The notes under the pieces are model-generated. The model had not been told where the DNA came from. It searched no databases and saw only the letters and a list, made by a program, of their open reading frames with translations. Of a stretch of DNA of 32,000 nt, positions 8,505 to 15,708 are shown one piece after another (position 1 is the stretch's first letter; each line of letters starts with the position of its first letter). A program made the translations under genes and the position numbers. The DNA is from Jiangella aurantiaca (lineage in GTDB: Bacteria > Actinomycetota > Actinomycetes > Jiangellales > Jiangellaceae), in contig NZ_SMLB01000050.1 of NCBI RefSeq assembly GCF_004349105.1, positions 2,393-34,392 of the forward strand. Reading direction: 5' to 3'.

Positions 8505-10063
8505 GGCGGGGTTCCTTCCGGGGAGGACGGGTCGGTTGCCGAAACATCACTGGACGGCGGTCCGGTGGCCTGTTTGGCGGCGTCGTACTGCTCGCGCCAG
8601 CGGCGGCGTTGTGCGATCGACTTGGCGACGGCCCACACGTAGGAGGGCGCGTCGGGGTCGCCGGGTCGGACCGGGGTCCAGATGTAGCGGGCCTTGCCGT
8701 CGGGTGCGGTGGCGGTTGCCGAGAGCTGGTCGTGGTCGTCCATCTCGATGCCGGCTTCGGCGAGGACGGCCCGGACGACGGCGGCCCGGTCGGCGCGGTG
8801 CTCGGTCAGCGTCTTGCCGGTCCACTTGCGCGAGACGAGGACGCGGCGGCCTCCGAGCCCCAGGTGGTCGCGGTCGTGGGCCTTGGATGTGCAGCGGCCG
8901 GGTTCCATGCCTGGCTTGGCATTCTTCGGCTGAGTGCCGTAGCGCAGCCAGTTCGCGCATGTCGGCGAGCACGGGAGCCAGCGGACTTCCTCGGCGAGGC
9001 GGTCGATGTGGGCGCGGCGAGCGGCCGAGATGCGGTTCGGGTCGTCGATGTCGAGTGGTTCGGCGATGGACTTGGTCAGGTACTTCGTCAGGTAGCCGAC
9101 GCGGCGGTCAGCGGCCGGTGTCCCGGCGAGGATGCCTTGCAGGTCGACCTGGACACCGAAGCGCAGCACGTGCACCGGCTCTGGTTCTTCGCCGAGGTCG
9201 AGGCCGTCGCCGTTGTCGACGTAGTCCATCGCCTCGTCCCAGGTCGGCAGCATCCAGCCGCCGTCATCGACGTAGCCGCCCTGTTCCTCGTCCCACGCCG
9301 GCCAGCCGTCGCGGTAGTGGTGGACGTGGTTGATGCCGGGCCACCAGACCTGGTGGTACGTGGCCGCGACGACCTGCTTGATGAGCTTGCGCGGGATCGC
9401 TCCACGGATGGCGGCGTGCAGGTGCGGCGCGAGGCGTTGTTGCGGTTCGACGGCGGCGAAGTACTGCACGTTGTAGCCGGTGGCGCGGCGAAGGTTCTGC
9501 CAGAACCGGTCGACGAGCTTCGGGAAGTGCATCGCGTCCAGCGCTGCACGCCGGTAGTCGTAGCGGTCCGGGTCGACCGGGACGCCCTCGTCGGTCACGC
9601 GCCCGTAGGACGGCATCGTGAGCGTGAGGAACATCGACGGCCGGTAGGTCTTGCCGTCCGGGGCATCGAAGGTCCGCCCGACGGTGTGGCCCGAGACCGG
9701 CAGCCGAGGTAGGTCAGGCACGTCCTCACGTCGTCTGGTGGACCGGACGCGCCGTTCTGTCGCGTCGTCCTCGTCGTCGACTGTGGGAGTCTCGTCGTCG
9801 CCCTCTGTGGCGTCGGGGCCGGCGAGCTCGGGTTCGGTGTCGAGGTGCCAGCCCTCGCGGCACTGCTGCATCCGCAACCGGCGAGCCCGCTCCGCGCAGG
9901 ACGGGCAGACCGCCTCACGGGTCGCGCCACACGCGATCGTCACCGTGCGCACGTCGCCGGTTGTCGTGTCGGTCACCCTCGACAGGACCGGACGCACGCA
10001 AGCGCCGACGAGCACAGCAGCACCGCGGACCAGCTCGCCGGACAGGGCCGGGCCGAGCACCAT
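8489..10063 (-). CDS. repSA: RepSA-type replication initiator protein
   Basis: Starts at the internal ATG at 10063 (MVLGPALSGELV..). Motifs CGATREAVCPSCAERARRL, FLTLTMPSYGRV and APHLHAAIRGAIPR match my memory of pSAM2 RepSA-family initiators. The start overlaps the upstream gene stop by 1 nt, and the 3' end overlaps xis by 16 nt. Confidence 0.85.
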   Translation of the reverse strand: MVLGPALSGELVRGAAVLVGACVRPVLSRVTDTTTGDVRTVTIACGATREAVCPSCAERARRLRMQQCREGWHLDTEPELAGPDATEGDDETPTVDDEDDATERRVRSTRRREDVPDLPRLPVSGHTVGRTFDAPDGKTYRPSMFLTLTMPSYGRVTDEGVPVDPDRYDYRRAALDAMHFPKLVDRFWQNLRRATGYNVQYFAAVEPQQRLAPHLHAAIRGAIPRKLIKQVVAATYHQVWWPGINHVHHYRDGWPAWDEEQGGYVDDGGWMLPTWDEAMDYVDNGDGLDLGEEPEPVHVLRFGVQVDLQGILAGTPAADRRVGYLTKYLTKSIAEPLDIDDPNRISAARRAHIDRLAEEVRWLPCSPTCANWLRYGTQPKNAKPGMEPGRCTSKAHDRDHLGLGGRRVLVSRKWTGKTLTEHRADRAAVVRAVLAEAGIEMDDHDQLSATATAPDGKARYIWTPVRPGDPDAPSYVWAVAKSIAQRRRWREQYDAAKQATGPPSSDVSATDPSSPEGTPPCPTT

Positions 10064-10392
10064 CACAGCCTTCCTGCCGGTCGCGGCGTGACCATGAACT
10101 CCGGCTCGTCGTCCTCCAGCCGGTACACGGGCAGCGGCCGGCGCAGCTCGGCGGGATCGACGGCCGGTGTGGCTTCCATCAGGCCGTGCACGCAGTGGCA
10201 GGCGTCCAGCGGACCGATCACGCCGAAGCCGTCGCAGTCGATGCACACGATCCACACCGACCTCTCGTGCAGACCGATGCAGCGTGGCGACGTGCACCAC
10301 CGGTATCCGCACCAGATGCACACCTGGGCGAAGTTCAGCCGCAGCGGGCGGAGCGTCGCCGCCGTGGCTGAGGCAAGTGCCTGGGTCGTCAT
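10063..10392 (-). CDS. small Cys-rich (putative zinc-binding) protein in the pra position of the element
   Basis: ATG at 10392 is preceded by GGAGG with a 5-nt spacer. 109 aa containing CIWC, CTSPRC, CIDC and CHC clusters. Translationally coupled to repSA. Confidence 0.6.
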   Translation of the reverse strand: MTTQALASATAATLRPLRLNFAQVCIWCGYRWCTSPRCIGLHERSVWIVCIDCDGFGVIGPLDACHCVHGLMEATPAVDPAELRRPLPVYRLEDDEPEFMVTPRPAGRL

Positions 10393-10437
10393 CGTGACCT
10401 CCGGGGATAGGAGATGACTCCATTCGACACGCAACAC

Positions 10438-10445
10438 GTTATAAC
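10438..10445. promoter_or_regulatory. candidate GntR/KorSA-like operator (perfect palindrome GTTATAAC) in the divergent control region
   Basis: GT-N4-AC palindrome within the 163-bp gap between the pra-position gene and the GntR gene, flanked by four ACACG repeats. Confidence 0.3.
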
Positions 10446-10555
10446 AAGTAGCACGACTGGACAACACGGAATCCGACACGCCAGGCTGACCGCCTCAGTT
10501 ACGCAAGCGACCGCCCAGGTGGAAGACTTGTTCTGTCGAGTAGAGGGGAGGGCCT

Positions 10556-11320
10556 GTGGCGGACTTCAGGGGTCGCCCTGCCTACCTGCAGATCGCTGAC
10601 GACATCCGCAGCCAGATCCTCGACGGCACGTTGCAGGCCGAGGACCGGTTGCCCAGCGAAGCCGACCTCATGGCCGACTACGGCGTCTCGCGCATCGTCG
10701 TGCGCAACGCCGTCGAAGTCCTCCGCTCCGAAGGACTCGTGGTCAAGCAGCAGGGGCGCGGCAGCTTCGTCCGCGCACAGCGACCACAACGCACCCGCGT
10801 CGTCGGCGACCTCTACAGCGAGCGCCCCGAAGGATCGCCGTTCGCGGCGTCAGCCCGAGCGTCCGGCCAGGTCCCGGAGTGGGAGTACCAGACCCGCCGC
10901 ACCACCGCATCCAAGACGATCGCCGACCGGCTCGGCATCGCGGCCGGCGACCCGGTGATGCGCACCAGCTATCGGTTCTTCGCCGACGGCGAGCCCGCGA
11001 TGCTCTCAACCTCGTTCGAACCCCTGGCCATCACCGAAGGCACACCCGTCGAACAACCCGAAGGCGGCCCCGTCACCGGCGTCGTGCCCCGGATGGACGC
11101 CATCGGCATCCACATCACCCACGTCGTCGAGGACGTCACCGGGCGGTCAGCGCGACCCTATGAGGCCGAGACACTGAAGGTCCCGGTCGGCGTGCCCATC
11201 CTCGCGATCGAACGCACCTACTACGCGAAGAGCCGGCCCGTCGAGACCGCCGACATCGTCGTCTCCTCCGACCGCTACGTCCTCTCCTACCGCCTCCCCG
11301 TGCCACCGCGGGCGGACTAG
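10556..11320 (+). CDS. GntR family (HutC/UTRA-type) transcriptional regulator, KorSA-like
   Basis: RLPSEADLMADYGVSRIVVRNAVEVLRSEGLVVKQQGRGSFV is a GntR wHTH, and the C-terminal length is consistent with a UTRA domain. GTG at 10556 lies after GAGGGGAGGG. The gene is divergent from the repSA operon, as korSA is in pSAM2. Confidence 0.9.
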   Translation: MADFRGRPAYLQIADDIRSQILDGTLQAEDRLPSEADLMADYGVSRIVVRNAVEVLRSEGLVVKQQGRGSFVRAQRPQRTRVVGDLYSERPEGSPFAASARASGQVPEWEYQTRRTTASKTIADRLGIAAGDPVMRTSYRFFADGEPAMLSTSFEPLAITEGTPVEQPEGGPVTGVVPRMDAIGIHITHVVEDVTGRSARPYEAETLKVPVGVPILAIERTYYAKSRPVETADIVVSSDRYVLSYRLPVPPRAD

Positions 11321-11694
11321 CCGGCACCTGCGTCTGTTGACCCTGCGAGAGGCTACGTCACCTGATGTCTGGCCCCGCCGCCTCGGATACCCGGACTCGC
11401 CCGCATGCCGATGATCGAGCGGTCGCAAGAAGCTGGCGGCGGCTTGTGCGATGTAGAACAGCACCTCACAACGTTGCGTTGCGCCGCCCAGCACGTCACG
11501 CCTAGTAAGGCTCGTCGATCCGCTCACCTTACGTGTAACCTGGTCCACCTATCTATCAGCCGCCTCACCTAGTGACACTGCTGTCTTGGTCCACTAGAGC
11601 ACGCACCGAAACTGCGGGCAAGTAGTACCTCAAATGATCCTGTCTCGCTGAGTTCCCTAATGCGTCGATTCCAAACAAGTTACAAGGGGGCGAC

Positions 11695-12204
11695 ATGGCC
11701 TATCGAAACAAACTGTACATCGCCTTCGACGGCGACAACGACATGCGCTGGTACCGCCTATTGACGGCATGGGAAGCCAATAAGAACATCGATTTCGACT
11801 TCCACAATGCTCATGACTTGCATCCGGCCCGAGACACGAGCCTGCCGGATTCCATTAAGGCGCAACTGCGCAAGCGGATGCAAAGCTCGAAGACGTTTCT
11901 GCTTTTGGTCGGGGAGCGGACCAAGTACATCCGCGGCTACATTCCATGGGAGATCGAGTACGCGCGCCACCTGGACCTGCCGATCGTCGTCACCAATCTA
12001 AACGACAAACGACGGTACGATTCCGATCTGTGTCCCAGTTCGATCCCGAGCGGTAAAGGCGCAGTGCACGTTTCCTATGAGGCACAAATCCTAAAGCACG
12101 CACTCGATAATTGGCCGATCTACTACGCCTCGAATCGGCAGAAGGTGCTTGACGGCGTGTGGCATTACGACGATGAGATCTACAAGAGCGTGGGCCTGGG
12201 ATAA
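11695..12204 (+). CDS. thsB: TIR-like domain protein (MTH538/ThsB-like, DUF1863-type)
   Basis: 169 aa. KLYIAFDGDNDMRWYRLL.. and ..KTFLLLVGERTKYIRGYIPWEIEYA match the ThsB TIR-like pattern, with a putative catalytic Glu at W85-E86. AAGGGGG RBS precedes the start. The sequence is lower in G+C. Confidence 0.8.
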   Translation: MAYRNKLYIAFDGDNDMRWYRLLTAWEANKNIDFDFHNAHDLHPARDTSLPDSIKAQLRKRMQSSKTFLLLVGERTKYIRGYIPWEIEYARHLDLPIVVTNLNDKRRYDSDLCPSSIPSGKGAVHVSYEAQILKHALDNWPIYYASNRQKVLDGVWHYDDEIYKSVGLG

Positions 12205-12269
12205 GCAGGCGGCGGCTCAAAGCCCTATTCTCCAGCCGGCTCGGAGCTCATACGATGAGGCTATAGCTT

Positions 12270-13127
12270 GTGACTCTCACGCGCGACCTTAGGAACAAGC
12301 GCTTCTGGCGGGGCCTTACTACGCACGGCCTCGCCGCTCTCGGTGCCCTATCCGCGACACTTGGGCTGTATGACCTCTTCTCGCCCGATTCCCTGGGAAG
12401 GCTCGACCTGCCCGAGATCATGCTAGTTCCCGCAGTCGCGCTCGCCTACGCCGCGTGGAAGTCATGGCCCTACCCAGTGGAGCAGCACTACGCGACGCCA
12501 GACACCAAGATCCGTTTAGTGACCGGCGATCTGTTCGAACAGGGCACTAACCTCGTCATCGGCATGGCGGATACCTTTGACATCGAAACGCCGCACATCA
12601 TTGCGACCGGAAGCGTGCAGGGCCAGTTCCTCGACCGTGTCTACCACCACGACGTGGCAGCCTTGCGCTCAGATCTAGAGGCTGCACTCATCGATAAGGT
12701 GCCGATTGAGACGGGTGTGGCGAAGCCCGGGAACACGGACCGCTACCCCCTGGGTACCGTCGCTACTATCTGCCACCAGCGCACTCACTATTTCTGTGTT
12801 GCCTATACGCGTATGGACGAGAACAACAATGTGTCGTCATCCATCGCAATATTGTGGGAAGCGCTAGAAAGACTTTGGGACGAGGTCCGGGCTCGCTCCA
12901 ACGGCGAGCCGGTCTCCGCGCCTGTGATCGGACTTGGACAGTCGGGCATGTCGACCGTCCTTCCCATCCAAGACGCCATTCGATTCCTCATCCTCTCATT
13001 CATGTTCGCTTCACGCCGCCAAAGAGTATGCGGGGAACTATTCATCGTAATTCGCCCACAGGACGAGAGGCGGATTGACATGCTTGAGATCCAAGAGTTC
13101 CTCCGGTCCTTGAGGTTGTCTTCGTGA
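12270..13127 (+). CDS. thsA: ThsA-like effector: two N-terminal TM helices plus a C-terminal ThsA-type Macro domain
   Basis: 285 aa. Hydrophobic segments GLTTHGLAALGALSATLGLYDLF and IMLVPAVALAYAAWKSW are followed by IRLVTGDLFEQGTNLVIGMADTFDIE..GSVQGQFLDRVY..APVIGLGQSGM, resembling PF20016/DUF6430. GTG start at 12270. Confidence 0.72.
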   Translation: MTLTRDLRNKRFWRGLTTHGLAALGALSATLGLYDLFSPDSLGRLDLPEIMLVPAVALAYAAWKSWPYPVEQHYATPDTKIRLVTGDLFEQGTNLVIGMADTFDIETPHIIATGSVQGQFLDRVYHHDVAALRSDLEAALIDKVPIETGVAKPGNTDRYPLGTVATICHQRTHYFCVAYTRMDENNNVSSSIAILWEALERLWDEVRARSNGEPVSAPVIGLGQSGMSTVLPIQDAIRFLILSFMFASRRQRVCGELFIVIRPQDERRIDMLEIQEFLRSLRLSS

Positions 13128-13555
13128 GCCATCTCGTTGTTCCAGATGTATACCCCTGTCCCTTCTGTGACTACCTTAGCGGTGCTCGACCGTATACGAT
13201 CCTCCACCGAGAAGCGGACGCAGCAATCCTCGTTACGCGTGAGCAGCGTGGAGCTTCCCACCTTCTGGTCGTTACTGAACGCCACGCCCCAACAATCCTC
13301 GAACTTCGCACCGCAGAGTCGCATGCGGTGATTGAACTAGTGCGCATGGCTGCCAGATTGATAGACCAGGCAGAACAGCGGCCGGGGATTAGCGTTTGGC
13401 AGAACAATGGCGCGGCCGCTCACCAGACGATACCTCACGTGCACTTTCATATCGCTGGCACACTCCCAGAAGGCGGTACCGATTGGGAGGAGGTTCACGA
13501 ACTCAGCATCGAAGAGACCGATGCCATGGCCGAGCGCCTGCGTGCGTACTTCTAG
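13124..13555 (+). CDS. HIT (histidine triad) family nucleotide hydrolase/transferase
   Basis: 143 aa with CPFC near the N-terminus and NNGAAAHQTIPHVHFHI (HxHxHxx). The GTG start overlaps the upstream stop (GTGA, 4-nt overlap). Confidence 0.88.
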   Translation: MSHLVVPDVYPCPFCDYLSGARPYTILHREADAAILVTREQRGASHLLVVTERHAPTILELRTAESHAVIELVRMAARLIDQAEQRPGISVWQNNGAAAHQTIPHVHFHIAGTLPEGGTDWEEVHELSIEETDAMAERLRAYF

Positions 13556-13667
13556 GCTGTAGAGGGCTAGGTAACGAGTTGTCCGCTACGCCGTCAAGAT
13601 CAGTCGAAACGCGACCCGACTCCCGCGCAGCGCCGTACATTGCTGGATTGAGCTATTGAGGATCAAG

Positions 13668-13688
13668 GCGGCGCGCTCCGCGCGCCGC
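13668..13688 (+). terminator. GC-rich hairpin (9-bp perfect stem, 3-nt loop) downstream of the HIT operon
   Basis: gcggcgcgc-tcc-gcgcgccgc. There is no U-tract. It lies about 110 nt after the HIT stop, at the point where composition returns to high G+C. Confidence 0.3.
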
Positions 13689-14203
13689 GTGGCCGCTCGC
13701 CCGCTCGCGTCCGGGCATGCGGCCTGGCGGCCGGTCCCTCCCGCTCGGCGGCGGCGGCCACACGCACGGGGACGACCCCTTGGCTAGACAACCGGAACAG
13801 TCACCGACAGCCGTCCCCCTCTACGCGGCCAGTCTCCGGCCTCCACTCCGCGCCTCAAGGGCGCTTCTCGTCACTATGTGACCGGCTTTCGCCGACCCTT
13901 GACCCGCTCCCAAGCGAACACATCATCGAGATCCAACGACCTGGTGACCCGGCGTATGACGCTCACCCTCACCTGCCGTCGAAGTAGCCGACAATATGAC
14001 GAGCAGGCAAGGAGGCACGGTCCGCCATACCGCCCGGCCAGAGACGAGGTCGTGCCCCGCATGACCCCAGGCGGTTCGACGACATTATCCCCGGGTTAAG
14101 CGTTGGGCGTCCGCTGGTCGAAAATGCCCCGGCCCCCTGCGCCCTGCCTCTCCGAGCGCGTGCCCGCGAGTTCGGTGTCAGGCGCTCCGACTAGGGTCGG
14201 CAC

Positions 14204-15292
14204 ATGCAAGCCGAGCTCGAAGAGACACTCCTCCTCCAGGAGGAATGGACAGCCGACAACACAGAGGCGATGCAGCGTCGCGGTGTCCTCGTTCGGCAGA
14301 TGATCCCTCAGTGGCTTCGACAACAGCTCAATGAACCGACCTCCACAGCCGTTATGAGTGACCTCGCCGTGGAGGGACGTGATGGCACCGGCAGAAAGAC
14401 TGAGATCCCCTGGACTCGTGTCTACTCAGCGCGCCGATCACCCTCCGCAACCCAGGGCTGGTACATCGTCTATCTGTTCAGCGCGTTCGGAGATCGGGTC
14501 TACATCTCCTTGAACCAGGGGACGACAAGGTGGGAAGGCGGCGAGTTCCGCCCGCGCGCTGGCGAGGAGCTTGCCGCCCGCGTCTTATGGGCGCGGAATG
14601 TCCTCGGCATCACCTGGGCCAATGAACTGGCCTTGGATATTTCACTGGAGGCTCGGCGGTCCAACCTGGGTCATCAGTACGAGCTCGGCAACGTGGTGGC
14701 TATTGAGTATCCGCTCAACAGCATCCCGGACGATGCCGCCCTGGCCTCTGACCTGCGGCGCATGATCGACTGGCTCGGGCGGATCTACGAGGCTGAGGAG
14801 ACCTCACTGACGATTCCGGGTGAACCGGCGGCCGAGATCGCGGACGCCCTCGTCGCGATACGTCAGGCCGCAGGCTCGGCTCGCAAGACCGGGCAGGGTT
14901 TCCGCCTGAACACCGCTGAGAAGCTCGCGATTGAGAAGCATGCCGTTCAGGTTGTCACGAAGCACTACGAGGATCTCGGTTACAGCGTCGATGATGTCGG
15001 AACCAAGCAGCCGTTCGATCTCGATGTGAAGCGAGGAGACATCCATCTAAGTGTGGAGGTCAAGGGCACCACATCCGTCGGTGCCGAGGTCATCCTGACC
15101 AGCGGCGAAGTGAATCACCACCGCGAGCGGTTCCCGAACAACTCCCTGGCCATCGTCCACTCGATCGAGCTCAACAGGTCTGATGAGGCCCCCATGGCCA
15201 CCGGGGGCGAGCTGCACATCGTCAGCCCGTGGGAGGTCGAGGACTCCGACCTCATCCCACTGGCCTTCAAGTACCAGACAGGGCTGACCTGA
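14204..15292 (+). CDS. MrcB-like N-terminal domain (DUF3578) fused to a DUF3883 nuclease-like domain; candidate modification-dependent (type IV) restriction protein
   Basis: 362 aa. The N-terminal half, GRKTEIPWTRVYS..ATQGWYIVYLFSAFGDRVYISLNQG, matches the DUF3578 pattern. The C-terminal half, EKHAVQVVTKHYEDLGYSVDDVGTKQPFDLDVKRGDIHLSVEVKGTTS..VILTSGEVNHH, matches the DUF3883 PD-(D/E)xK-like pattern. Confidence 0.8.
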   Translation: MQAELEETLLLQEEWTADNTEAMQRRGVLVRQMIPQWLRQQLNEPTSTAVMSDLAVEGRDGTGRKTEIPWTRVYSARRSPSATQGWYIVYLFSAFGDRVYISLNQGTTRWEGGEFRPRAGEELAARVLWARNVLGITWANELALDISLEARRSNLGHQYELGNVVAIEYPLNSIPDDAALASDLRRMIDWLGRIYEAEETSLTIPGEPAAEIADALVAIRQAAGSARKTGQGFRLNTAEKLAIEKHAVQVVTKHYEDLGYSVDDVGTKQPFDLDVKRGDIHLSVEVKGTTSVGAEVILTSGEVNHHRERFPNNSLAIVHSIELNRSDEAPMATGGELHIVSPWEVEDSDLIPLAFKYQTGLT

Positions 15293-15330
15293 GACTGTGC
15301 ACGAGCGATATGACGACCGCGCTTAGGTTC

Positions 15331-15708
15331 TTACACAGCGTGAAGACGGATGGGCTTGTTGAGTGCGTCCGCCAGGTGAGAGAGGTCGCCGGGGTCGCTG
15401 GTCACGACCAGGTCGCCGCGTGACAGGGCGGAGATGACGACCGTGGCGTCGACAACGTCGCTCGTCCTCGCAGTGGCACACGCAGCGCCGGCTTCGCGGG
15501 CGAGTTGTTCGCTCATCGGCTCGATCTTGCAGCCACGCAGCAGGCGTGAGAGCTGGTGTTGAGGGCCGCCGCGCCATGCCTGCGCCAGGACGGCGGCGGG
15601 CACGACGGGGCGGATCTCGTGGCGCAGAGCGTCACGGTGCAACGCCCAGATATCGACTCGATTGGCTTCCGCCGCGACCAGCGCGCCGGTGTCGTAAGTG
15701 ATGCCCAT
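15331..15708 (-). CDS. vapC: PIN-domain type II toxin (VapC family)
   Basis: 125 aa. MGITYDTGALV.. supplies the N-terminal acidic residue, and DVVDATVV and VVTSDPGDL are PIN acidic motifs. The start overlaps the antitoxin stop by 1 nt. Confidence 0.85.
   Translation of the reverse strand: MGITYDTGALVAAEANRVDIWALHRDALRHEIRPVVPAAVLAQAWRGGPQHQLSRLLRGCKIEPMSEQLAREAGAACATARTSDVVDATVVISALSRGDLVVTSDPGDLSHLADALNKPIRLHAV

Noticed and set aside
8227-8550. N-terminal extension of the integrase ORF (to 8550), and likewise the extension of the RepSA ORF (10064-10423)
   Set aside because: The extensions are Arg/Pro-rich and overlap the well-supported xis and Cys-rich genes. Internal ATGs at 8226 and 10063 give stop/start-coupled genes with canonical N-termini.
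8348-9712. 454-aa plus-strand ORF, plus 8494-9333 and 9845-10417 (+)
   Set aside because: These are antisense to repSA, have low-complexity Arg/Gly-rich translations and show no motifs.
11147-11548. 133-aa minus-strand ORF spanning the GntR 3' end and the leader of the TIR operon
   Set aside because: It overlaps the GntR gene antisense for about half its length. The remainder has no SD or motif and reads like a chance ORF. I keep it only as a remote possibility for a small regulator of the cassette.
13874-14099. 62-aa (-) and 73-aa (+) ORFs in the spacer between the HIT and MrcB-like genes
   Set aside because: They mutually overlap on opposite strands, are Arg/Ser/Thr-rich, and have no SD or recognisable domain.
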